Origin: an uncultured Candidatus Saccharibacteria bacterium
GTDB lineage: Bacteria > Patescibacteriota > Saccharimonadia > Saccharimonadales > Saccharimonadaceae
Length of the DNA: 64,000 nt
NCBI GenBank assembly: GCA_937898545.1
Contig: CALEJV010000003.1
Span: 253,193-317,192 of the forward strand
Direction of reading: 5' to 3'
Shown here: one piece after another, positions 27,788 through 37,280 of the stretch
Numbering within the stretch: the first letter of the stretch is position 1
Layout: each line of letters starts with the position of its first letter
Position numbers and translations under genes: made by a program
The notes under the pieces: generated by a model
Databases searched by the model: none
Told to the model about the DNA's origin: nothing
What the model saw: only the letters and a program-made list of their open reading frames with translations

Positions 27788-28966
27788 ATGAAAATCACAT
27801 CAAGCGACCTCCTTGCTATCTTACGCCAGTTTCGTCAAGCAACTGACGATAATGTCCCGCGTCACATCGACCAAATCGCCAGTAGCCACCCGCAGCCCAT
27901 CAACCAGCTGGTGCGCTTTCGCTTCGACCGCCGGCAGTACTTTTTGCTGATCGACGACACAGCGGAGGATCATGCATCCTACATTATGCAGCAGATCTAC
28001 ACCGCAAAGAGTGATGCAACGGGGGAAATTCTCCCCAACCCACTCAGCGACATCACGACCTACGGCCTACCATTCAAGGGTAAGGATGTCTATCTTTTTC
28101 AGCAGCGGCGTACCACCCAGCGCCTTGATAGCCTGCTTGCAACGCGCTACCCCGAGACTAGTCGCTCCACTTGGCAAAAACACATCAAAGCTGGCCACGT
28201 CGCCGTCAACGATAGAGTCGTCTGTCAGCCACGCCAACTGGTAGCAGAGATCGACAGTATCGCCATCAACCTACCTGACGCGGTCGACTATAGCGACAAA
28301 ACCCTCCCTATCCTCTATATCGATGATGATGTAATTGTTATCAATAAGCCAGCCGGTGTCCTGACCCACAGCAAGGGCGCACTCAATGATGAGTTTACGG
28401 TAGCAGACTTCTTCCGGCGCTATACTTCGGTTGGGCTGGAGACAAATCGGCCAGGGATTGTTCATCGGCTCGACCGCGACACCAGCGGAGTGATGATTGG
28501 TGCACGTACGCCTGAGGCCTTCCAGCGGCTTAAGAAGCAATTTGCCGAGCGCCACGCTAAGAAGACATATCTAGCAGTTGTGGCAGGGCAACCCCGTCAG
28601 CAGCAAGCCAAGATCGATGTCCCGCTGGGGCGTAACCCGGCCGCGCCAAGCACCTTTCGAGCCGATCCACGTGGCAAATCTGCCCAAACAATCTACAAAA
28701 TACTCGCCTCACAGCCCAGTATGAGCCTGCTCGCTCTGCGCCCCCGCACTGGCCGGACACATCAGCTGCGCGTCCATCTGGCATATATTGGCACACCGAT
28801 TGTTGGTGATCGCATTTATGGATCGGCAGGGGAGCGTCTCCTTCTGCACGCCTACCAGCTCGAAATCACGACTCGTGCGGGCCTACGTCAGACCTTTGTT
28901 GCACCGCCGCCGGCAGCCTTTACAGCACTCTTTCCTGAGGGAGCCGATGCCATCGCTCGTCTATAA
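27788..28966 (+). CDS. RluA/RluD-family pseudouridine synthase with an extra N-terminal domain
   Basis: S4-like domain (RLD..L......SRS..QK.IK.G.V.VN), INKPAG, HRLDRDTSG, TGRTHQLRVH and GD.IYG. Confidence 0.93.
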   Translation: MKITSSDLLAILRQFRQATDDNVPRHIDQIASSHPQPINQLVRFRFDRRQYFLLIDDTAEDHASYIMQQIYTAKSDATGEILPNPLSDITTYGLPFKGKDVYLFQQRRTTQRLDSLLATRYPETSRSTWQKHIKAGHVAVNDRVVCQPRQLVAEIDSIAINLPDAVDYSDKTLPILYIDDDVIVINKPAGVLTHSKGALNDEFTVADFFRRYTSVGLETNRPGIVHRLDRDTSGVMIGARTPEAFQRLKKQFAERHAKKTYLAVVAGQPRQQQAKIDVPLGRNPAAPSTFRADPRGKSAQTIYKILASQPSMSLLALRPRTGRTHQLRVHLAYIGTPIVGDRIYGSAGERLLLHAYQLEITTRAGLRQTFVAPPPAAFTALFPEGADAIARL

Positions 28967-29774
28967 CCCTCGCACCGAGCAGCGTCTTGCCCAGCTTGCG
29001 CAGCAGCCACCACAGTCATTGCTTCTTGTTGGTGCGCCTGGACTTGGGCTTATGACCGCAGCACGGCAGGTTGCGAGCCACACCGCACTTATCCTCCGGC
29101 CTCATACCAGCCAGGGCCATGACGACCAGCAACGCGGGACAATTCGCGTTGATGACATCCGCTCGCTTCACACACTTACTCAGGGCAAGGCAACGGCTCG
29201 GCAATTTGTCATTATTGATGATGCCGACCGGATGACACCTGCCGCCCAAAATGCCTTCCTTAAGCTCCTCGAAGAGCCGCCTCACGCGCTTCATCTCATC
29301 CTCACTAGTCATCAGCCCCAACGCTTGCTGGCAACAATTCGCTCACGCGTCCAGACCGTCCGTATCATCCCACCTCAGCCAGACCAAACGGCCACTCAGC
29401 TTGATCAACTTAGCATTATTGACCCGACGCGCCGCGCCCAGCTGCAGTTTATTGCTCAGCAGCAACCTGCGACAATCGCACGCTTGGCTGCCAATAGCGA
29501 GGAATTCCGCGCCATTGCCCTGGCAATGACCGACGCGCGCCACTATATCACTGGTGCTACCCGCCAACGCATCGTAATTGGGCAGCGCTATAGCCACGAT
29601 CGAGCTCGTGCATTGCTCTTGCTTGAGTGTGTGTTGCACATTGCATGGCATACACTTCGGACGCAACCATCGCGGCAGCTGCTTACCCAGGCAGAACATA
29701 TCGCACGCGCACACGAGCGCATTACTGCTAATGCCAGCGTGCGGATTCAGCTGCTGGCATGTGGTATACTATAA
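28947..29774 (+). CDS. holB: DNA polymerase III delta-prime-like subunit
   Basis: Degenerate Walker A GAPGLG, I.VDDIR, IIDDADRM...AQNA.LK.LEEPP and TIRSR. ATG at 28947 after GAGGGAG. Confidence 0.85.
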   Translation: MPSLVYNPRTEQRLAQLAQQPPQSLLLVGAPGLGLMTAARQVASHTALILRPHTSQGHDDQQRGTIRVDDIRSLHTLTQGKATARQFVIIDDADRMTPAAQNAFLKLLEEPPHALHLILTSHQPQRLLATIRSRVQTVRIIPPQPDQTATQLDQLSIIDPTRRAQLQFIAQQQPATIARLAANSEEFRAIALAMTDARHYITGATRQRIVIGQRYSHDRARALLLLECVLHIAWHTLRTQPSRQLLTQAEHIARAHERITANASVRIQLLACGIL

Positions 29775-29776
29775 CT

Positions 29777-30670
29777 ATGTATGGATTATTATTGGTAGCC
29801 TGCGCTGGTGCCTTTGCCTTATGGCAGCAGCAATCAGTTGCCGAGACCACCTCACAATTACCAATGCGCCTCTCGGGCAAGCTTGATCGCCTGTGGGAGG
29901 TAGCTCAGGAATCACTCCGTGATCGTCGTTATCTCCGCGCCGAGAAGGCACTGCTCACGATCCTGCGGGTGGATGAGCGTAATGCAACCGCCTATAACCG
30001 CCTCGGTATTTTATACGCCAAGCAGAAGGCATTTGATGATGCGATCGAGTGCTTTGAGATCGCTCAGAGTCTGGAGCCAAGTGCATCAAGCCTACACAAC
30101 GTTGGCCTCATCTATTATGAAACCAAGCGCTACGACAAAGCTGCTCTCGCCTTTGAACAAGCACTGGCAATGGAGGACAAGCTGGCTGCGCGGCATATTG
30201 CCTATGCCAAGGTGCAGGAAAAGCTCGGCCATAGTAAGAAAATGCTAGAATCACTCGAGCGAGCTGCCAAGCTAGAGCCTGGCACTCAAACATATCAGCT
30301 CCTGGCCGAAGGCTACGAACGAGCTGGCGACCACAAAAAAGCTCAGCGCATCCGCGCCAAGATGCAGCCCCAGCCTACCTCTGCGCAATCACCGCAGCAC
30401 CACCGAGCACAACCAGAACCTCGCCAGCACCCCCAGCAACGCATTACTGTGCCGTCTCAGCAGGTAGAGCAACAACCTTCAACGGCGTATTACCATCCAC
30501 CGGCTGCATTGCCCGCTCCAGCAGCGTCACCAACGTATACCCAAGCACCTCCGCAGCCGCAGCCAAATGCCGCCTACAATCGACAGTCATCCACTGTTCA
30601 TCCGCCAGCACGAGCTCCAATGCCCGCTAACCGCATCCAGCGCAGCGCACCACGCCGCATTACGATGTAG
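29777..30670 (+). CDS. Membrane-anchored TPR protein with Pro/Gln-rich tail
   Basis: N-terminal hydrophobic helix, TPR-like repeats (AYNRLGILY, SLHNVGLIYY) and a C-terminal ~95-aa P/Q/A/S low-complexity region. Confidence 0.85.
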   Translation: MYGLLLVACAGAFALWQQQSVAETTSQLPMRLSGKLDRLWEVAQESLRDRRYLRAEKALLTILRVDERNATAYNRLGILYAKQKAFDDAIECFEIAQSLEPSASSLHNVGLIYYETKRYDKAALAFEQALAMEDKLAARHIAYAKVQEKLGHSKKMLESLERAAKLEPGTQTYQLLAEGYERAGDHKKAQRIRAKMQPQPTSAQSPQHHRAQPEPRQHPQQRITVPSQQVEQQPSTAYYHPPAALPAPAASPTYTQAPPQPQPNAAYNRQSSTVHPPARAPMPANRIQRSAPRRITM

Positions 30671-30956
30671 CGTCAAACGGTAAAAGGTATAATAAGGGCT
30701 AAATACAATCAATAAGGTAGCAATATGTATGCTGCCTTATTTACATTCTCAGGGCAAGGTTTCTCGCTGCGTAAGCCCTTTTGCTATTGATATATCACTA
30801 TACTCACTACACATACACACAATGACCACGCTTTCAGCATTGTTCTTACGACAGCCAATACAAAGAGTGGAATAAGCTCCTACCAATTTACAGCTACTGC
30901 ATAACCGCAAGAACAAAAAAGACCTCCTCCTTAAGAAAGTCTTCGCTATATACGTA

Positions 30957-31033
30957 TGGAGCCGCTTTACGGATTCGAACCGTAGACCTACTGTTTACAA
31001 AACAGTTGCTCTGACCAGCTGAGCTAAAGCGGC
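30957..31033 (-). tRNA. tRNA-Thr(UGU)
   Basis: GCCGCTT acceptor, anticodon arm ACTGT-TTTGTAA-ACAGT, GTTCGAATC T-loop and encoded CCA. Confidence 0.97.
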
Positions 31034-31038
31034 AGAAA

Positions 31039-31123
31039 TGGTACCGGAGGTAGGACTCGAACCTACGAAGCTAAAAAGCGGGAGATTTACAGTCTCCTGT
31101 CATTGCCACTAGACGACTCCGGC
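31039..31123 (-). tRNA. tRNA-Tyr(GUA)
   Basis: Anticodon arm GGAGA-CTGTAAA-TCTCC, long variable arm, GTTCGAG T-loop and encoded CCA. Confidence 0.97.
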
Positions 31124-31263
31124 AAATAAAATGAACTAACTGTGAATCAGTATAGCAAATTTTTTGCCAATGTCAAAGTGCGAAAAACACAAATCACACA
31201 ATCTCTTACAATTATGCAACGTACCTCTGTTAATAAAAGGACTTTTGCGATATACTGCACTCT

Positions 31264-32001
31264 ATGACAAAAAAGCATTTCGATCATATTCTCATTGCCG
31301 CTACGCTCGATAGGCCGCCACAGGCTCGTCACGTACGCGAAGATTACCAGCCAACCGAGTGGCCAATATCAGAGGAAGAGCTCCACAGGCACCCTCTTAT
31401 ACCACTTTTTCCGTCTCTTGTTGTGCGAAAGGATAGCGAGGTAGACACTAAACGGCGCGACAAAATAGCCAACCATGTCGAGCAACTTGCCCGTGACCTC
31501 ACACCATTTACTGTGCAATGGGGTCGCGAGGTAGAGATGAGCAGGTCTGCAAAAAGCCCTCTCCATGCCAAAGAAATCACTCATGGCCGTGATAAAATCC
31601 TCGCCATCCGCAACGCACTTGGCAGTCTAGCTATGGAGCTAGAAATACTCCACAATGCGCCCAGCTCACTGCTATATGCTCAGTATAAGCCAGGTAACTC
31701 ACTAATGTCGTCGACCATAAGAGAAAAACAAATCGACTTTATTAGCATATTTACTACTCGCTCCTACGATAAATCGAGTCCTCTCGGCGGTAGGCCTCGG
31801 TCAATCACCCGGTGCGACTATCCACTTGGTCTATACTGTACTCCACGATCATCAATTGAGCCTTATAGAGACAATCATCCAATAACTGCAGCAGCAGCTT
31901 ATGGCTTAGCCGAAGTTACACCTCCGCAGCGAGGCCGTCACCAAGTACCAGCCCCAACAGGTCGTGTCTATCGGCTACCACGTCACCGCCAACCAGTCTA
32001 A
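31264..32001 (+). CDS. Hypothetical protein inserted between tRNA-Tyr and tRNA-Thr
   Basis: 245-aa ORF with TATACT 7 nt upstream of the ATG; no motif recognised. Confidence 0.6.
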   Translation: MTKKHFDHILIAATLDRPPQARHVREDYQPTEWPISEEELHRHPLIPLFPSLVVRKDSEVDTKRRDKIANHVEQLARDLTPFTVQWGREVEMSRSAKSPLHAKEITHGRDKILAIRNALGSLAMELEILHNAPSSLLYAQYKPGNSLMSSTIREKQIDFISIFTTRSYDKSSPLGGRPRSITRCDYPLGLYCTPRSSIEPYRDNHPITAAAAYGLAEVTPPQRGRHQVPAPTGRVYRLPRHRQPV

Positions 32002-32139
32002 GTTCGTTTCTGATAGTGTGCAGCAAGGAAGGGGGCTTCTCGCCATATATTTCAGCGAGCGAAAAACATCCTCACTACCCTCACTATCGGTCAATAACAA
32101 AGATCACCCCAACAATGGGGTGATCAACAAATTCAGCCA

Positions 32140-32215
32140 TGGAGCCACGATCGGGGCTTGAACCCGAGACCTCATCCTTACCATGGATGCGCTCTACCAA
32201 CTGAGCTATCGCGGC
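32140..32215 (-). tRNA. tRNA-Thr(GGU)
   Basis: Anticodon arm CATCC-ATGGTAA-GGATG and encoded CCA. Hairpin GATCACCCC/GGGGTGATC lies just downstream (32102-32125). Confidence 0.97.
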
Positions 32216-32586
32216 ATTACTTGGTATTCTACCATACGAGGTACGTACCAGCAAGCCTTACTGCTTTGGTTCTTGATGCGCTCGTTTTGCCAGCACACTC
32301 ACCCTTTCTCTCCGCTGCTTCGTCTATAGAGCGTGCGAGGTTCTACCAGTGGTCAGCCTACCTCATATAACATCTATAACTAGGCTTTTTTGCGCTATAC
32401 TCAATGTCGTAATCGGGGAGGTTATAGTACATGTATACATAATTCTCCTAGAATCCATTGACAAATAGGGGCATTCGTGGCTACAATACATACTGTCTAT
32501 CGTTATAGTAATCTCTTGTCGATAGAGTGTTTGTACGATAAAGTTTCGTGTTAGAATAAGAGTAACCATTAAATAAAGAGGAGTCT

Positions 32587-34338
32587 ATGGCAATGGCTGG
32601 TTTTATGCAGTGTATGGAAGTAATCGACAGGTATCGGTGGTGGGTCGGAGGGGTGATATTCCTCATGATCGTCCTGAGTTGGTGGCTTCGCGTGGTAAGT
32701 GCTCGCAAGAATAAAACCTACACTGCAACACTCCGCAAAAAATACGCGGTCTTGGTTGTTGCTGAGGATGAAGATCCTGAAGTATTCGAGAGCTGCCTCG
32801 CTAGCATCAAAGAGCATAGCAAGCCGACCCAGCTGCTTGTCTCGATCAACGATACGTCACACGCTCACCAGTCTCTCAGAGCGATCGCTAAAGAATACGC
32901 AACAACGGTGGTCGAGCAGCCTGAGATGATGAGCTATGATGCGCAGCTTGCCTCACTGATCGAAAAGGTGCGGCGTGTAAGTCTTGTGGTTGTCACAACT
33001 CCGCGTGCGCACTGGACACCATCGACCATCAACCTTCTCTTGCCCTTTGCCGAGCCAACTATTGGGCTCGTTAGTGGCCGCCAACAATACACTGGTGGAG
33101 CGACGCTCTCTCAGCGAATCGGCAGTTGGCTGCTCGATATGCAGCAGCGTGTTATTTTGCCCATGCAGAGCCGCCACGGCCAAGCCTATGCCATCACAAG
33201 CGACACCTTTGCCATCCGGCTTGAGCTACTCAAGCAATTTACTCAGAGCGATGCAACAGCGCAGCCATGTGCCGCCCATCATCCATCAAGCATTGCCCTG
33301 TCTCTGTCTGCACACTACCACGCAGCCTACCAGCACAGTGCTCTCACGCAGATCAACCATCCAGCAGAACTCTACCGGATTGCAAGCAGCTACACCCAAC
33401 TGAGCCGTGCTGCCTATTGGCAACTCTGGCATCAGCACGCACGTATCCGGCAGGCAGGGCCACTTGTCTGGCTCACACACATTGGCTTTTGCTTTGCGAG
33501 TTTGCTTTATCTTGGGGCGCTGATCGTACTCTGCAGCACGCTCGTCAACAACCTATACAGCACTCTGACTGGAACAGCGACTACCGCAACGCTCTGGAGT
33601 AGTGTAACGATCCTTGGGCTCGTGCTTGGTTGGCTTGTGTGGCAAGTGGTACGTAACATTCCACACCTTAAGCATCACCCACGCGACCTATGGCTCCTGC
33701 CACTCTATCTCCCGATCACTGGTAGCCTCGCGCTCACGAGCAAACTATGGGCACTCATTACGCTCTCTCGCCATCACGCACCCGCTCCATCGAGCGCACT
33801 TCGTCAATATGCAACTGGTCTCGCGGCAATTGTCCTGCTGCTCATTACAGTGCCACTCGCATATGTCGTGGCAATGATCCCAGCTCAGCAACCACAAGAA
33901 GCTCCGCACCGCCCTGCACAAACTGCTCCACGGCCGCAGCAGCAACGTGATAATCGCGGCAAGACAGACAAGAAGCAGGCTAATCGTCCAGCAACCACCT
34001 CTGGTCAATCGCAACACACTCCAGCTCATTCTGAGAAGAAGAACCAGACTACCACACCAGAGCAAAAGCCAATTATACTAACCGCCCAAGATGGCGACTC
34101 CCAGTCGCTTGTGGCACGGCGCTTCATCAAGAGTCATCATCAAGCTCAGCAGCTTAATCCTGCGCAGGCTGCATATGCCGAGAATCGCTTGGTAGCCTTA
34201 ATGGGGCAGCGTGATGACATTGACAGCGGCGAGACCTTTACGGTGAGTAATTCGCAGCTTGCTACGGTTGTTGCCGAGGCCCAAGCGCTCAGTGCTGACG
34301 AACAGGCTAACTGGGCAGCCTATACTGCTACCGAATAG
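32587..34338 (+). CDS. Glycosyltransferase family 2-like membrane protein (catalytic motifs degenerate) fused to an extracellular domain
   Basis: GT2 landmarks (EDPEVFESCLASI, LLPFAEP.IG.VSGRQ), several TM helices, a P/Q/T-rich linker and a C-terminal AQ.GDS...AR...AQ..YAEN.L...W..Y domain. Confidence 0.7.
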   Translation: MAMAGFMQCMEVIDRYRWWVGGVIFLMIVLSWWLRVVSARKNKTYTATLRKKYAVLVVAEDEDPEVFESCLASIKEHSKPTQLLVSINDTSHAHQSLRAIAKEYATTVVEQPEMMSYDAQLASLIEKVRRVSLVVVTTPRAHWTPSTINLLLPFAEPTIGLVSGRQQYTGGATLSQRIGSWLLDMQQRVILPMQSRHGQAYAITSDTFAIRLELLKQFTQSDATAQPCAAHHPSSIALSLSAHYHAAYQHSALTQINHPAELYRIASSYTQLSRAAYWQLWHQHARIRQAGPLVWLTHIGFCFASLLYLGALIVLCSTLVNNLYSTLTGTATTATLWSSVTILGLVLGWLVWQVVRNIPHLKHHPRDLWLLPLYLPITGSLALTSKLWALITLSRHHAPAPSSALRQYATGLAAIVLLLITVPLAYVVAMIPAQQPQEAPHRPAQTAPRPQQQRDNRGKTDKKQANRPATTSGQSQHTPAHSEKKNQTTTPEQKPIILTAQDGDSQSLVARRFIKSHHQAQQLNPAQAAYAENRLVALMGQRDDIDSGETFTVSNSQLATVVAEAQALSADEQANWAAYTATE

Positions 34339-34421
34339 CAAATCCTCATCGCCACTAGCATTACACCGTGGGCTATGCTATAATCAACCAAGATGTTTTA
34401 TAAAATCTAACGAGTAAAGAA

Positions 34422-34631
34422 ATGGCAAAGAAGAACAATACAAAGCGAAAGATTATTGCTCTTGTGAGCAATCTCACCAAACACCGTACCTACGTAACAC
34501 GTAAGAACACGATGAACACTCCAGATAAGCTTGTTCTGCGCAAGTATGACCCAATCGCTCGCCGGCACGCTACCTACACTGAGACGAAGAAATCGCTCGG
34601 CCGTAACGAAGTCAAGCCGCGCAAAGGCTAG
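34422..34631 (+). CDS. rpmG: 50S ribosomal protein L33, zinc-free, with C-terminal extension
   Basis: I.L.S......Y.T.KN..NTPDKL.LRKYDP..R.H..Y.E.K. Confidence 0.95.
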   Translation: MAKKNNTKRKIIALVSNLTKHRTYVTRKNTMNTPDKLVLRKYDPIARRHATYTETKKSLGRNEVKPRKG

Positions 34632-34811
34632 TCTTACCGCAATAACAATCAAAAACAGCATTCACTCACGAATGCTGTTTTTTGCGGTAGCGATCAATTG
34701 CGAGAGTTAGTATAGCGCAAGCGACAGGCTTTAAGCAGTATTACTTCTTACTGTATTTTTAAAAGATAGAAGAGGGGAGGGTATGGAAACCATCAATCTC
34801 AGCACCTAAGG

Positions 34812-35558
34812 CTATCTATGGCGATAACCCTGGCGGACAGTGGTATGGCGCTCAGCCTGCGCAGCGGCAAGTTGCTCGGCGAATACATCAAATGTCGCTG
34901 CCATCCATAGACCATCAGAGACCATCCGGTCAAGCAGCGCCATCGTCGGTGTTGCCATAGCAGCATAGACATAGAGGACACCACTCGAGATCTCAATACT
35001 AAGATCATCGAAATGCGATGCTATCACTGTTGCTACGTCTGGTGTGAGGTAGCGCTCTATCTCAACCGCTCGCCCAAGCTCACCATACACCGTGTATTTC
35101 TGCATAAATTCTTCTGGCTGCGGCCCAAACATCCCGAGCCGGAGTGGCTGCAGTTTGTAGCTGGGGTAGCTAGCTATCTTGCCTTGCCGACCGATGAACA
35201 TATACGGCACGTCGCGACGTGTGTACATATCTACTGCAGCAATTAGCCACTGTTGGGGCGAAGGCTTGGGGCTATTGGCAATCCGCACCATATCTCGCCG
35301 CGACACGAGCGTGACATTATAGCCGCGAATATTACCCACGCTATAGTGCCGATCGCGATGAGTGGTCGACATAGTGTAGCCGCGGATTGGGTGGTAGTCA
35401 TCGTCTCGCGGGTTGATTGTCCCAAAATAAACTAAACCAGCTTGCTCGGCAAACTGCTGCACCGTCTTGCGCGCTACTGAACGCTCTGCAAAAGCCGCTG
35501 GCGAAACCTGCCGCACAGCACGCTTAACGCGGTGGGTAATGGCATCATGAGCTGACAT
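34812..35558 (-). CDS. Hypothetical protein
   Basis: 248-aa ORF with TG-A-TATACT 6 nt upstream of the ATG. Confidence 0.7.
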   Translation of the reverse strand: MSAHDAITHRVKRAVRQVSPAAFAERSVARKTVQQFAEQAGLVYFGTINPRDDDYHPIRGYTMSTTHRDRHYSVGNIRGYNVTLVSRRDMVRIANSPKPSPQQWLIAAVDMYTRRDVPYMFIGRQGKIASYPSYKLQPLRLGMFGPQPEEFMQKYTVYGELGRAVEIERYLTPDVATVIASHFDDLSIEISSGVLYVYAAMATPTMALLDRMVSDGLWMAATFDVFAEQLAAAQAERHTTVRQGYRHR

Positions 35559-35620
35559 AACTCCAGTATATCACTCCTTTAGGCAAAAAATACCTCCGTC
35601 AGGGAGGTTGGATACTATTG

Positions 35621-35695
35621 TGGCAGGGGCATGAGGAATCGAACCTCAATCTACGGTTTTGGAGACCGTTATACTAGCCGTTGTACTATGCCCCT
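35621..35695 (-). tRNA. tRNA-Trp(CCA)
   Basis: AGGGGCA acceptor, anticodon arm ACGGT-CTCCAAA-ACCGT and encoded CCA. Confidence 0.97.
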
Positions 35696-35820
35696 CTGTA
35701 CTGTCTCCAGTATATCAAATCTATAGCCAAACCGGAAGAACTTTATATGGTAAAGCGAATATTGATTTGGTTTATGCTAAAAATCCCTCGCACCACGCGG
35801 AGTCTGCTATAATAAAATAC

Positions 35821-36483
35821 ATGCAACCAACGCCTCCAGTTCGGCCCTTTGCAATACTCATGGTTGGCTTGCCCGGTAGCGGCAAGACATTTTTTGCCGC
35901 TCAGTTTGCCAAGGCCTTTGGCTCACCCTTTATTGATATTAACGAGCTCTCGGGCTACTGCCAAGACGATGCAGCCGCGGCAGTAGTAGGGAAGACATTT
36001 TTGCAAGAGATTGCTAAAACCAAGCAACCCTTTTTATACGAAGGCGATAGCAACACCCGGGCTCGCCGAAGCGAGTTCGTCCGCTGGGCACGGAGTGAAG
36101 GCTATCGACCAGTGATCATTTGGGTCCAAACAGATGTAACGACAGCCCGTAGCCGAAGTGTCAAGAACCAGCGACTCTCACGCGAGGCGTTTGATTACTA
36201 TGTGCGGCGCTTTAGCGAGCCAAACGCGGGCGAACTCTATTTTGTCATCAGTGGCAAGCACCCGTATTCATCACAGTCCCGGGCTGCCCTGACCTTCTTA
36301 AAGCAAATCGGTCAACAGACTGAAGACGAAGCTCTGCCGAGCAAAGCACCAGCCACAACTCCACCAGTAGCAAAGCAGCGCACTCAAGTGCCACCACCAA
36401 CACCAGCCAGCCACTCAATGCGCGCTATGTCGAGCACCCCACGGCGAGGACAAATTCGCTCGACACGCTACATTGTACAATAA
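35821..36483 (+). CDS. P-loop kinase-like / AAA_33-type ATP-binding protein
   Basis: LMVGLPGSGKT and D.N..RARR; start at the ATG 7 nt after TG-C-TATAAT. Confidence 0.8.
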   Translation: MQPTPPVRPFAILMVGLPGSGKTFFAAQFAKAFGSPFIDINELSGYCQDDAAAAVVGKTFLQEIAKTKQPFLYEGDSNTRARRSEFVRWARSEGYRPVIIWVQTDVTTARSRSVKNQRLSREAFDYYVRRFSEPNAGELYFVISGKHPYSSQSRAALTFLKQIGQQTEDEALPSKAPATTPPVAKQRTQVPPPTPASHSMRAMSSTPRRGQIRSTRYIVQ

Positions 36484-36520
36484 AATAACATCTTGGCTAA
36501 AAGGAGGGAGGCTTTTATCT

Positions 36521-37219
36521 ATGTCTTCTACGCTCCACGACGATGAGTTTGGCGATATCGCTATTAAGCGCAGCGCCAAGGCGCGTTCCATCACAATACG
36601 ACTCGCGCCAAATGGCCAGCTCTATGCCAGCGCCCCACGGCACGCACCACTCTTTCTCGTTCGCCACAGCATTGTCACCAACCGCCAAGCACTCCGCCAG
36701 CTCCTGCACCAGCACGCGGTACATATTTATCAAGATGGAGAGACAATTGGTAAACATCACTCAATCGCTATCATCCGCACACAAATGGTCAATCGGCCCA
36801 CTGTGCGCATCGCAAGGCAAAAGCTGCTCGTCTCTCTCCCGCCAGAGCACACCATAGACGAGCCAGCCGTTCAGTGCGCTATCCGACGAGAAGTTGCAAC
36901 CATCTTGCGCCGCGAGGCCAAAACCTACTTGCCACAGCGCCTCCACGAGCTTGCTGCACACACTAACTCAACCTACCAGCGTATTCGCTTCAGCCATGCA
37001 AGTACTCGATGGGGAAGCTGCAGCAGCACAGGCACAATTAGCCTTAATATTGCGCTCATGAAACTCCCCGATGAGCTAATTGATTATGTTTTGATCCACG
37101 AGCTCTGCCACACTCACCACATGAATCACTCGTCAGCCTTTTGGGGACTGGTAGAGCGGCATGATCCTCACTACCGATCACACCGGCAGCGGCTTAAGCA
37201 CGAAACACCAATGATATAG
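36521..37219 (+). CDS. YgjP/DUF45-family zinc metallohydrolase
   Basis: RWGSCS..G.I.LN..L...P..LIDYVLIHELCH..HMNHS..FW. Confidence 0.9.
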   Translation: MSSTLHDDEFGDIAIKRSAKARSITIRLAPNGQLYASAPRHAPLFLVRHSIVTNRQALRQLLHQHAVHIYQDGETIGKHHSIAIIRTQMVNRPTVRIARQKLLVSLPPEHTIDEPAVQCAIRREVATILRREAKTYLPQRLHELAAHTNSTYQRIRFSHASTRWGSCSSTGTISLNIALMKLPDELIDYVLIHELCHTHHMNHSSAFWGLVERHDPHYRSHRQRLKHETPMI

Positions 37220-37280
37220 CATAAGCAAATATCACACAAAACGCTTGTGCCTACCGTCATACTCCAGGTATACTAGAAGC

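Noticed and set aside
30360-30670. Pro/Gln-rich TPR tail (and the DnaX linker) as tandem repeat arrays or CRISPR
   Set aside because: Low-complexity coding sequence with no fixed-length repeat-spacer periodicity; no CRISPR array or cas gene anywhere in the window.
30725-30903. Short ORF MYAALF...FCY*YITIL...ATA* with one in-frame TGA (possible readthrough or selenocysteine)
   Set aside because: It is only ~59 codons with no motif or SECIS-like hairpin seen, so chance or a decayed gene is more likely.
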